Source of the DNA: Candidatus Heimdallarchaeum aukensis
GTDB lineage: Archaea; Asgardarchaeota; Heimdallarchaeia; Heimdallarchaeales; Heimdallarchaeaceae
Assembly (NCBI GenBank): GCA_021513695.1
Contig: CP084166.1
Location: 2,272,001-2,336,000 of the forward strand
DNA length: 64,000 nt
Reading direction: 5' to 3'
The notes beneath the pieces are model-generated. The model ran no database searches, had not been told where the DNA came from, and worked only from the letters and a program-made list of their open reading frames with translations. Both the position numbers and the translations under genes were made by a program. Shown piece by piece: positions 1 through 8,947 of this stretch (position 1 is the stretch's first letter; each line of letters opens with the position of its first letter).

Positions 1-983
1 ATACTCACAAGGATAAAATATATGGTTTCTTCCTTGGAAATGAGGACGGTATTATCTTTAAGCATAGAATTTTCAACAAGGAACTCTGTCCTGAATCAGT
101 GTTGGAAAATGTTGTAAGTTCTGTTTGTTCTTTTTTAAGAGAAACAGATCTCTCTGACCGGGGATCAATTACCTTGTCAAATTCTCTTATTTCATTTATT
201 AGAATTAAAGATGTTACTTATGTAATAAGTCATGGGATAGCAGAAATAAAAGAAGTCTATGAGATTCTGAATGAAATTGCAGACATATTTGAAGATCGGT
301 CTAAACGCCGTTTTCATAGTGGCAGTGAGAATCAGTTATTTTCTGGAGCTTCAGCTTCTTTTTCAGAAGTAGTGGAGGAAGTATTTAGAGAGATAATAAT
401 AGCTCAACAGAGGAAAGTTATGTACGAAGAAACAGTAGAAACAGATGCTGAAGAAATAATTCTTTCTGATCTAGAAATTGTTGACTTTCCTGTTTCTGTT
501 TCAGGAGAATCAAAAACTGAGCAAATTTCAAAAGAAAAAGAAGAAAAAGCAGCTACTGAAGGAAAAGAAGAAAAAGTAAAACCTGTTAGTAAGGAAGATC
601 ACTTGAGATCTATTTCATATAATATATTAAATTCTCTATCTGGAATCAAGCATCTAGTTTTTATCGAACATGCTGATAACAAAGCTAAAATGTTTTTTGA
701 ATATGGTGAGATTGAAGAAAAAATAGTTCAGCAAACGGTATCTATATGTGAAAAATTCCTAAAAGAAATTATAGAACTTATGGCTGATAAAGAAGAAAAA
801 AGTGCGATAGAAGTAAGTAAGAACTATCAGATTATCTTTGTTCCATTAAATGAAACTAATTTTATGTATGCTATCGCCACAAAAAGTATTGACCCTGTAA
901 TTATGGAACCTGTTTTTGAAAGAATTGCAAGACGGATAGTCCAGCTTGTTCTTGACTATAAAAAAGAAAAAAATGAAAGTTAA
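1..983 (+). CDS. Hypothetical protein with two roadblock/longin-like halves separated by an acidic KE-rich linker; 5'-partial (frame is open to the window edge, so GTG at 99 may not be the true start)
   Basis: Reading frame from 99 stays open upstream to position 3 (…YGFFLGNEDGIIFKHRIF…). Each half has an alternating hydrophobic pattern like LC7/longin folds. No enzymatic motifs. Confidence 0.35.
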   Translation, partial: THKDKIYGFFLGNEDGIIFKHRIFNKELCPESVLENVVSSVCSFLRETDLSDRGSITLSNSLISFIRIKDVTYVISHGIAEIKEVYEILNEIADIFEDRSKRRFHSGSENQLFSGASASFSEVVEEVFREIIIAQQRKVMYEETVETDAEEIILSDLEIVDFPVSVSGESKTEQISKEKEEKAATEGKEEKVKPVSKEDHLRSISYNILNSLSGIKHLVFIEHADNKAKMFFEYGEIEEKIVQQTVSICEKFLKEIIELMADKEEKSAIEVSKNYQIIFVPLNETNFMYAIATKSIDPVIMEPVFERIARRIVQLVLDYKKEKNES

Positions 984-984
984 T

Positions 985-1683
985 TTATGTGTTGAAAGCT
1001 CTATCTCCTGCATCTCCTAATCCTGGAACAATGTAACCTTTTTCATTCAGTTCCTTGTCTATGTCTCCCGTGAGAATAATGGTTTCTGGATATTTATCCA
1101 ATATCCTATTGATGCCATATTCAGAAGCTATAGCACTTAATACAACAATCCTTTTCGGTTTTTGCTGGTAAAGATGATCTAGAATGAACAACATCGTTGA
1201 TCCACTAGCTAACATGGGGTCTACAATAATAGCTACATTTGATTCATCTAAATAAGGTATGTTTATGTAAGGGACATCAATTCTGAACTCTTTTCCTCCC
1301 TCCCGAAGCATTTTTCCTCTAGATGCAGAAACAACGCCCATTGAAGCTCTAGAAAACTGATTAATTACGCCCTCTGCCATTGGTAGCGCAGCTCTAAGTA
1401 TAGCAACCACTACAATATTGTCTCTAATCTTTCTTACTTCTGCAATACCTAATGGCGTTTCTACTTTTTCTCCTACATTATCAAAATATCTAGCTGCTTC
1501 ATAAGCTAGGTAAGTACCCAACTTTTGAAGATTAAATCTGAATTCTGCAGGTTCTGTTTCTTTATTACGTAAAGTTCCAACAACTTGAGAAACAAGTAAG
1601 TTTTCGTTACTTATATTTTTATACATCTCAAGAGGACTATAAATTTGAAAGAAGAAAAACATTTCTGAAGATGTAAACTTCAT
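985..1683 (-). CDS. upp: Uracil phosphoribosyltransferase
   Basis: UPRTase motifs: IVDPMLASGSTM (PRPP-binding) and C-terminal YIVPGLGDAGDRAFNT (uracil-binding). Confidence 0.8.
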   Translation of the reverse strand: MKFTSSEMFFFFQIYSPLEMYKNISNENLLVSQVVGTLRNKETEPAEFRFNLQKLGTYLAYEAARYFDNVGEKVETPLGIAEVRKIRDNIVVVAILRAALPMAEGVINQFSRASMGVVSASRGKMLREGGKEFRIDVPYINIPYLDESNVAIIVDPMLASGSTMLFILDHLYQQKPKRIVVLSAIASEYGINRILDKYPETIILTGDIDKELNEKGYIVPGLGDAGDRAFNT

Positions 1684-1773
1684 GTCAAGTAAAGTTATCC
1701 TATAAGAAAGAATTATCTTTATTCAAAAAGTAAATTAAGAATAGTGAATATAGTTAATCATTAGATTTACAAG

Positions 1774-2463
1774 TTGTTCAGCATGTATTCGGAGCTAGAT
1801 AAAAAAAATAAAAGAAACTTAATTAAAAGAATAGGGGTTATGCATGGAATAGAGATTACAGATAGAATGATTCAAGCTTTTATTAATGTTCCACGTGAGG
1901 AGTTTGTTCTCGAAAGAGATAAAAATTCAGCTTATGTAGATTCTCCAAGACCAATTCTCGCTGGACAAACAATTTCAGCTATACACATGGTAATTATGTA
2001 TATTTCTCCCTCCCTCTCTGATCCAAAGGAAGGAGATATCGTTCTTGAAGTTGGAGCAGGAAGTGGGTACAATGCAGCACTTTTTGCAGAAATGGTGGCT
2101 CCAAAAGGGTCATCTAACCCTGGGCATGTGTATGCGTTAGAAATTATCCCCGAGCTGGTAGAGTTTGCAAGAGAAAACATCGAAAGAACAGGTTATTCTG
2201 ACAGAGTTACAATAATTCATGCAGATGGAGGTATAGGATATCCCGAAAAAGCTCCTTTTGATATAATCTCTGTTGCTGCTGCATCTAAAGGGATTCCAGA
2301 GCCGTTAAAGGAACAACTTAAGGTAGGAGGAAGAATGATTATTCCTGTTGGGACAACATTTTTTCAAGAACTGATATTAATAAGAAAGGAATCAAGTGGA
2401 AATTTTTCACAAAAAAATATTTGTGGAGTTAGATTCGTTCCTTTGACGGGAAAATACGGGTAA
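1774..2463 (+). CDS. pcm: Protein-L-isoaspartate O-methyltransferase
   Basis: SAM motif LEVGAGSGYNAALFAEMV, length ~229 aa, ISAIHMV and C-terminal PIMT-like region. Confidence 0.8.
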   Translation: MFSMYSELDKKNKRNLIKRIGVMHGIEITDRMIQAFINVPREEFVLERDKNSAYVDSPRPILAGQTISAIHMVIMYISPSLSDPKEGDIVLEVGAGSGYNAALFAEMVAPKGSSNPGHVYALEIIPELVEFARENIERTGYSDRVTIIHADGGIGYPEKAPFDIISVAAASKGIPEPLKEQLKVGGRMIIPVGTTFFQELILIRKESSGNFSQKNICGVRFVPLTGKYG

Positions 2464-2495
2464 AAAGAGAATACAAAGACAGCCAATTTCTCTAT

Positions 2496-3530
2496 TCAAC
2501 TAAAAAAGGAGTCTAATCTTTTTTGTTGGAGAATGGATTTTTGTTCTTCTTTTGTTTTTGACAAAACATTTCTTACTCTAGCTTCATCAAAGCCTCTTTG
2601 TTCACACAAGAATTCAACTATTCCTTCAATATCTATCTCTCCAAAACTAAGGTCATAGTCTTCAGTAATTACAGGATTTCTAAAAACTTCGCGTATCTCT
2701 TCATAATCTGCATTTAACTCAATGTTAACATTTTCTAGAACTTTCTCTATAGTACCATACTGCTGAATATATTTGTAAGCTGTTTTTGGTCCCACTCCTT
2801 TTACTCCATCAGGATTGAAATCAGTTCCAATTAGAATGGCCATATCGATAAGTTGATCCGGAGTTAAGTTCAATTCCTTTAACAGATTTTCTCTGCGATA
2901 TATCTCAACATTTACAGTAATATATCGATTACTTCTGGGGAGTTTTCTTCTACCTGAGAGAGTTAAATTTCTAATCAATATTGGAGCTCCAAATAACAAA
3001 CTATCAAAATCTTGTGAAGCTACACCCCATACTTTCCTATGTTGAGCTAGATAAGCAGCCTGAGCTTCTCCTTCTTGTGGAGCTTCAATATAAGGGATTC
3101 CCATTAATCTGAGCAAGTGTTTAGCATCTTTTAACATATCTTCAGTCAATGAAACAGTTCTTTGTGCAACAGTGCGAACACGTTCCATGTCTCCTCTTTC
3201 TCTCGCTTCTTCTAGTTCTTCTCTTGCTTTTTCTTTTAATTTTACTCTTCTTCTTATTTCTTCCTTTTTAAGTTCTGATGGTTTTCCATCAAAAACATAA
3301 ACCAATTTTATTCCATGTTGTAATAGTCTAGCATTGCGGTATAAAAGACCAGATAAATGACTAGTAACCATTCCGTCTATATTTTTTAAAAGAGAACCAT
3401 CCATTCCTCTGATGGAAGCTAAAAATTGGTAGAGAATATTATATGCGTCTACAGCTAAACGCTTTCGACTTAAATCAGAAAGTTCTATAGGTTCTCCTTT
3501 AATGAGGTCTGAAATTTTCTTTACTCCCAT
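2496..3530 (-). CDS. fen: Flap endonuclease 1
   Basis: N-terminal MGVK…LKGxxIELS…AIDAYNxLYQFL pattern, acidic active-site blocks, H3TH region GIPYIEAPQEGEAQAAYL, C-terminal PIP-like tail. Confidence 0.85.
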   Translation of the reverse strand: MGVKKISDLIKGEPIELSDLSRKRLAVDAYNILYQFLASIRGMDGSLLKNIDGMVTSHLSGLLYRNARLLQHGIKLVYVFDGKPSELKKEEIRRRVKLKEKAREELEEARERGDMERVRTVAQRTVSLTEDMLKDAKHLLRLMGIPYIEAPQEGEAQAAYLAQHRKVWGVASQDFDSLLFGAPILIRNLTLSGRRKLPRSNRYITVNVEIYRRENLLKELNLTPDQLIDMAILIGTDFNPDGVKGVGPKTAYKYIQQYGTIEKVLENVNIELNADYEEIREVFRNPVITEDYDLSFGEIDIEGIVEFLCEQRGFDEARVRNVLSKTKEEQKSILQQKRLDSFFS

Positions 3531-3656
3531 TTAAAACACCATTACTTGTATAACCTATATATTTTATTATTTAAAGTTAATTTCAAATAAAGATCTGAGA
3601 ATAAATGGTCTGAACAGACAAGAATTAAATAAGGAAAGAAAAAAGTTAAACCGCCA

Positions 3657-4898
3657 ATGACTAAAAGTAATGAATATGTATTTTTTAAACTTGGACGGAA
3701 TAAGGAGTTGGCGGAAGTTGAAATTTCCACAATTCTTGAGAAAGTGGGAATAAATAGAAAAATTAGTTATTTTCAGTGGAAAGAATTTCTCTTTGTTAAA
3801 ATAGAAAAAAAAGAAGAACAGAAGGTTCTTCAAAAAATTAGAGAAACTGGAAGTATAGTAAAAGTTGGTAGTTGTTTTGCAAAATGTAATTCTGAGATTG
3901 AAGTTAAAAAAGTGATACCAGACAAAATTAATCAGATAATAGAAAAATTCTCAGGAAAAAAAGAAAAAATAAAATTTTCAATTAACCTTCAAATAGAGAA
4001 AGAAAAACAAAAATCTTTTTCTGAAATAGTGAAGAATGAGATACTAAAAATTGCAAAAGATAAAAGGGTAGAAGTGAAGATAATTCCAAAAAAAGGATAT
4101 TCACTAGAACTTAGCCCTTACCAGTATCACAAAGAAAATATGCCAAAAAGAGGTGTAGAATTAATTATTTTTGGTATAAAGTCAAAGTTGTATCTTGGAG
4201 AAACAAAATGGGTAACAAATCCATTCTTTGACATAAAACTTGATGAAGGACGGCCAGAACGATTATTTACACATGGGACATCAATAAAAATGGCTCGTTC
4301 ATTAATTAATCTCACAAATATCAAGAAAGGTTGTAAAATAGTAGATCCTTTTTCAGGAACAGGAACTCTATTGATTGTAGGATTGTTACAAGGTTATGAT
4401 GTTTTGGGTTTTGAAAAAGATCCGAGATGTGTTAGAGTTGCTAAAACAAATATACGTTGGGCAGTTGATAAATACAAACTTGAGCGAAGTTGGAAAATAT
4501 ACAAGAATGATGCCAGGGATATGCATAAAATAATTAGTGAAAAAGTTGATGCAGTTGTAACAGAACCATATTTAGGGCCATTTCTAAAAACTCTTCCTGA
4601 TTTAGAAGAAGGAAAAAAAATAATCCATGAACTTGAAAAGTTATATGCTAAAGTTTTATATTCGTGTAGTCAAATCTTGAAAGATGATTCTAGAGTAGTC
4701 ATAATCTTTCCTTTTTATGAATATCCAGACAAAACTAAACTTTCAATTAATTTAGAACGTGTAATAAATGGTTTATCGTTAGAACTAGTAGAAAAGACTC
4801 TTCACTTTAATGTTAGTTTTCCTATCAGCATCGGAAGAGAACATAATATTATCTCAAGACAAATTGTTATACTAAAGAAAAATAGTATGAAACAATAA
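3657..4898 (+). CDS. THUMP-domain RNA (guanine-N2) methyltransferase, Trm14/TrmN-like
   Basis: Class-I MTase motif I DPFSGTGTLLIVG and motif IV-like VVTEPYLGP (N2-G/N6-A type), preceded by a long N-terminal THUMP-like region. Confidence 0.5.
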   Translation: MTKSNEYVFFKLGRNKELAEVEISTILEKVGINRKISYFQWKEFLFVKIEKKEEQKVLQKIRETGSIVKVGSCFAKCNSEIEVKKVIPDKINQIIEKFSGKKEKIKFSINLQIEKEKQKSFSEIVKNEILKIAKDKRVEVKIIPKKGYSLELSPYQYHKENMPKRGVELIIFGIKSKLYLGETKWVTNPFFDIKLDEGRPERLFTHGTSIKMARSLINLTNIKKGCKIVDPFSGTGTLLIVGLLQGYDVLGFEKDPRCVRVAKTNIRWAVDKYKLERSWKIYKNDARDMHKIISEKVDAVVTEPYLGPFLKTLPDLEEGKKIIHELEKLYAKVLYSCSQILKDDSRVVIIFPFYEYPDKTKLSINLERVINGLSLELVEKTLHFNVSFPISIGREHNIISRQIVILKKNSMKQ

Positions 4899-4931
4899 TC
4901 TTTCAATCTTTGTTTAATTTACTAATCTTAT

Positions 4932-5195
4932 TTAATCTTCGCCAACCGCAAGAAAACTCATATCTTTTGTTAGTTTTTGGATACGTCTTTTAGTTTTAGA
5001 AATCCATGAGACATGAATTAATCCATTAGTTTCCAAAGAGAGTAGAGCTTTGTTTAATTCAGTTTCGGAATAATCGCCATAAAGTTCTCTAAGTGGATTT
5101 TCTAGCTCATTCTCAATAATTACTCCGCCCCGTTTTTCTAAAATTGCGAGAATACAAGATTTTAATGGCGTAACTCTCCATGCTGCAGAGGTCAT
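4932..5195 (-). CDS. Small winged-helix DNA-binding protein (hypothetical)
   Basis: 87 aa with a wHTH-like pattern (ILAILEKRGGVI…ELNKALLSLETNGLI…). Confidence 0.3.
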   Translation of the reverse strand: MTSAAWRVTPLKSCILAILEKRGGVIIENELENPLRELYGDYSETELNKALLSLETNGLIHVSWISKTKRRIQKLTKDMSFLAVGED

Positions 5196-5343
5196 CGTAG
5201 AATCACCTAAAATAAAGATGTAGTAAGCTTTTTAGAATGTTTTGTTCCACAAGAAAAAGAGTCGAACTTTTAAATCTAAGAGACAAAATAAATTAGAAAG
5301 ACAAAATTTTTAATATATACTTTTTTTCAAGTTTTTAGTTATT

Positions 5344-5523
5344 ATGAACACACGAAATCGTATATATGTGATTATTACTTTATCGATAGCAATATTATTC
5401 TTAATCATTGCAATTGTTCAATCACAAATTGACAGTTTTAGCGCAATAACGAAGATGACTGAAGAAGAAGTGAAAAATTTCTTGTCGGGATACTTAGCAG
5501 GTTTCCCAAAACCATGGGAATAA
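5344..5523 (+). CDS. Small single-TM protein (59 aa), not in the ORF track
   Basis: ATG at 5344, stop at 5521-5523. Hydrophobic helix IYVIITLSIAILFLIIAIV. Lies just upstream of and on the same strand as the NapH-like gene. Confidence 0.25.
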   Translation: MNTRNRIYVIITLSIAILFLIIAIVQSQIDSFSAITKMTEEEVKNFLSGYLAGFPKPWE

Positions 5524-5538
5524 AGTGAGAGGATTGAA

Positions 5539-6465
5539 ATGACAAAGAACAAAGAAAAAAACATAACATTATCTTTACGTCCGATAACTAATCATAAAAT
5601 TAGAATAGTTAGAATCATTACACAATTAGTAATATTTAGCTTATTAAACGGGTTAATATTTGGGCTAGCTAGAGTAAGTTTAATTTTACCTATTGAATAC
5701 CCTACAGGAGGACCATTTTCTACGGTATGGAGTGGTTTTGAAGCGTTACAGTATGGGCTAACAATCTTTACCTTCCCCTATCTTGTAATAGCTATCTTTG
5801 GATTATTTGGAGCTGTGGCTGGAAAAACAACTTGTGGATGGGCTTGCCCAATGGGATTATTCCAAGATTTATTTAGTTACATCCCAATAAAAAAGAAAAA
5901 AGTTTCTAAACCAACAGAAAAGTCACTAAGAAGTTTCGCCGTGTTCATTATTATATTCGCTTTAGTATTCTCTTTAGTCATAGGAATATCTTATAATAAA
6001 AACGGTTCTGCAGCAAAAGACGCTTATGGAATATGGGGAAATATTCCTTATAGTGTGTTAGATCCCGTAGCAACAATTTTTGCAACTCTGTTTTATTATC
6101 TAAAATGGGGAATCCAAGCAGAAACACTTGGAGCTGAAATGGGTGATTGGAAATTTTGGTTTATTGCAAGAATATTATTCTTAGCAATAATCTTAATCCT
6201 CATAACCTTATATCCAAGAGCTTATTGTAGATGGTTCTGCCCAACAGGATACATATTAGGCTTTTTCAATAACTTTAGTCTATTTGGTTTAAAAATAAAT
6301 AAGAATAGATGTCCAACTGGTTGTAATAAATGTGAAAAAGCTTGTCCGGTTCAAGTACCTATACTAGATTATGATAAGAACATAACACATCCCAATTGTA
6401 CAAATTGTGGAGAATGTATAGATGCTTGTCCTGAAGGAGCTCTAAAAATAGGTTTCAGATTCTGA
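5539..6465 (+). CDS. NapH/MauN-like membrane polyferredoxin (4Fe-4S binding)
   Basis: Multiple TM segments plus CGWACPMG and CRWFCPTG motifs, and a C-terminal 2x[4Fe-4S] ferredoxin motif (CPTGCNKCEKACP … CTNCGECIDACP). Confidence 0.5.
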   Translation: MTKNKEKNITLSLRPITNHKIRIVRIITQLVIFSLLNGLIFGLARVSLILPIEYPTGGPFSTVWSGFEALQYGLTIFTFPYLVIAIFGLFGAVAGKTTCGWACPMGLFQDLFSYIPIKKKKVSKPTEKSLRSFAVFIIIFALVFSLVIGISYNKNGSAAKDAYGIWGNIPYSVLDPVATIFATLFYYLKWGIQAETLGAEMGDWKFWFIARILFLAIILILITLYPRAYCRWFCPTGYILGFFNNFSLFGLKINKNRCPTGCNKCEKACPVQVPILDYDKNITHPNCTNCGECIDACPEGALKIGFRF

Positions 6466-6519
6466 TTATCCAAACTTATTTCATAGAAATTCTTTTTCTT
6501 TTCTCTTTTCTTTTTTGTA

Positions 6520-7773
6520 TTAACTTTGAATTTGTAAAGAATGATGGTATGCTTCTTTTTCTGTTTTTTGAAGAATAGAACTGTAACCTTTTTCTAAATA
6601 ATCCTGAATAATCGAAAGAACTGATTTTGATATGGGAAGTTTAACACTGTTATTAGTTTTCAGTATTTCTTCTATACTCACTTCAAGAGAGTCAAGATAA
6701 AGAGCAGCAGAATAAAGTTCCTTAATAAAGTTGTAATTCTTATGTATAATGAACCCTTTTAAATGAGACATTTTTAATAAAATCTCTGATAAAATTAAAT
6801 TAACCTTATTCGCTTGCTCTGGAATATATCGAATAGGAGAATAACCAAGTTTCATTTCATAATTATATCTAAAAGCTTTAACGCGCGGAAGAACCAATCC
6901 TAATCTTTTGAATGCTTTTCTGTCGAAATCCCCATATTTATCATTGTTTCCGTAAAGCTCTAAATATTTGGCTACCAAATGAGGATAATGTTTTCTAAGG
7001 GTATCAATAAATTCATCTTTATTTCTCCCTGGCTTAAGAGTAAGTCCCCAAGTGATAACATACTCTGCATTAGCTTTTTTTGCTTTGTGAAAAATATTTT
7101 CAATGTTTTCTTTTGTATCTCCAATAAAGGGTAAACATGGATTGAAATAAACCCCAGAATGTATTCCTTCTTTACGTAATTTAGAGATAGCTCGAAAACG
7201 ATCCTCTGAAGAACTAGCACGAGGTTCGAAAATCTTACGAACTGAATCATCCGCGAGAGTGATAGTGAAATTAACACTAGCATAAGTCTGTTCATTAATA
7301 GCTTTAAGCAAGTCAAGATCACGAAGAACGAGAGTGCTTTTTGTGAGAATGAAGACTGGTAATTCATAATCATGTATGACTTGAAGAAGTTTACGAGTAA
7401 GTTGAAGTTCTTTTTCTGCAGGTTGATAGACATCGCAAACTCCTCCACCTACAAAAATAACGAATTTAGAAGGAGAAGGCATCTGAATTCGCTCAACTGT
7501 AGTATCTAAATAGTTGAGTAATGAGTGGGATGAATTAGGAGAAAAAAATCCTCTTTTTTTGAGATATTTCTCCAAGAGCTCTGGAGCATTAACCTTAACT
7601 TTGATTCGATTAGCAAAATCTTCATGCATATAATAGGATTCAGCTTTACCGTCACAATATTTGCAATCGTGCCAACAACCCTGATAGGGATTAAGGTAAA
7701 CTTTAGCCCAAGAGAAAAAAGAAGGTGTTACTTCTTTAATTAACGATTTAGCACGAATACGTTCAATGATCAT
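6520..7773 (-). CDS. Radical SAM protein, SplB/DNA-photolyase-like (COG1533-type) with C-terminal extension
   Basis: NPYQGCWHDCKYC gives a CxxxCxxC cluster in the context typical of the SplB-like family. Confidence 0.55.
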   Translation of the reverse strand: MIIERIRAKSLIKEVTPSFFSWAKVYLNPYQGCWHDCKYCDGKAESYYMHEDFANRIKVKVNAPELLEKYLKKRGFFSPNSSHSLLNYLDTTVERIQMPSPSKFVIFVGGGVCDVYQPAEKELQLTRKLLQVIHDYELPVFILTKSTLVLRDLDLLKAINEQTYASVNFTITLADDSVRKIFEPRASSSEDRFRAISKLRKEGIHSGVYFNPCLPFIGDTKENIENIFHKAKKANAEYVITWGLTLKPGRNKDEFIDTLRKHYPHLVAKYLELYGNNDKYGDFDRKAFKRLGLVLPRVKAFRYNYEMKLGYSPIRYIPEQANKVNLILSEILLKMSHLKGFIIHKNYNFIKELYSAALYLDSLEVSIEEILKTNNSVKLPISKSVLSIIQDYLEKGYSSILQKTEKEAYHHSLQIQS

Positions 7774-7876
7774 TGTTTTCCCAATTAATCAAATAGAGTT
7801 TTTTTTATTTATAAAGATAGTTAGGTTGCTAGATTATCACCTTTAGATAAAGAAAAAAAGACATAGAATTAAAATA

Positions 7877-8947
7877 TTAAAACGATAAGGAAAAAAAGTC
7901 ATTGTTATTAAGTTTCGAATGAAACAAATAGCTTTTCCATTCAAGTTTACACGAACAAGAAGGTAAGTCCTGAAGAATATTGGGATCTTGAGAAAGAGTG
8001 AAATCTTTTAGGGCTTGAACAATTGTAGAGTCACAAGAACCACAGTTATGAGCTCCTCTCTTTTTACCTCCTGCAACAGGGTCACAAATGATTCTTAAGT
8101 TGGGATAGAGAGTAGAAAGTTCTCGGCAGATATGTACAAGTGACCATAAGTAGGGGGGACGATAAAGATTCTTATCAAAAAGTGAAGAGAGATAAGTGTC
8201 GCGTTGTATATTTATTGCATTAATTGATACGGTGTCTACCCCTAAAGAAACAACCTGTCTAACACTGTTAAAAACGTCCAACATGGAGTCAAATTCTGAA
8301 ACAAAAGGTGGTTTGAAAAGAAGGTAAGCTTTAATTTTTGCCCCAAAGGAAAAAACACGTTTTGTAGCACGTTCGAAATCTTCCCAAAAGAAACCTTTGT
8401 TTATAGAATCACGAAGAATAGCATTATTCGCACTTTCTAATCCTATAGCAATCTCAACTTTAGAAATATCAAAGTGATCACGGAGAAGTGTTAGTTTTTT
8501 TTCTGTAACATATGAAGGTCGAGACTCTAGTACTAACTCTTTAATACTTGACGAATAAGGTTGAAGTTCATGAAGGATAGAAATTAGAACATGGTTTGGG
8601 ACTTCGAGAGAATCAAGAATGCTACCACTAGTAAATAGTTTTATAGAATAAGAAAGGGACGGATCAATTAAAGAGGATAATTTAGAAGAAAAATCAGAGA
8701 GCATCTCTGAAAAATCTGGTTTTTGAGGGTTATCATAAAGATAACCGCAAATTGAACAACCTCCACTACGAGAAAGAGCCCAAGAACAACCTCTTGTAGG
8801 AAGAATAAAAACAATAGCTTTTGCTGGGCCAGTACGAAGACGATGATCTTCAACCCATGCAACAAGACGACGTGAAGTAGAACGCTTGGAAAGGGCTGAT
8901 TGGCGGTAACTATGGATTATGGAACTAAAAGAAGGGTTTATTTTCAT
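7877..8947 (-). CDS. Archaeosine-associated radical SAM enzyme, RaSEA-like (TIGR01210/TIGR01212-type Cx9CxxC cluster)
   Basis: PTRGCSWALSRSGGCSICGY (C-x9-C-x2-C, as in the YhcC/TIGR01212 family). A 4-bp overlap with the upstream arcS-like gene suggests an operon. Confidence 0.5.
   Translation of the reverse strand: MKINPSFSSIIHSYRQSALSKRSTSRRLVAWVEDHRLRTGPAKAIVFILPTRGCSWALSRSGGCSICGYLYDNPQKPDFSEMLSDFSSKLSSLIDPSLSYSIKLFTSGSILDSLEVPNHVLISILHELQPYSSSIKELVLESRPSYVTEKKLTLLRDHFDISKVEIAIGLESANNAILRDSINKGFFWEDFERATKRVFSFGAKIKAYLLFKPPFVSEFDSMLDVFNSVRQVVSLGVDTVSINAINIQRDTYLSSLFDKNLYRPPYLWSLVHICRELSTLYPNLRIICDPVAGGKKRGAHNCGSCDSTIVQALKDFTLSQDPNILQDLPSCSCKLEWKSYLFHSKLNNNDFFSLSF

Noticed and set aside
1932-2180. 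82-aa minus-strand ORF
   Set aside because: Embedded antisense in pcm.
6972-7448. 158-aa minus-strand ORF
   Set aside because: Alternative frame inside the radical SAM gene 6520-7773. Hydrophobic low-complexity translation typical of AT-rich off-frame reads.
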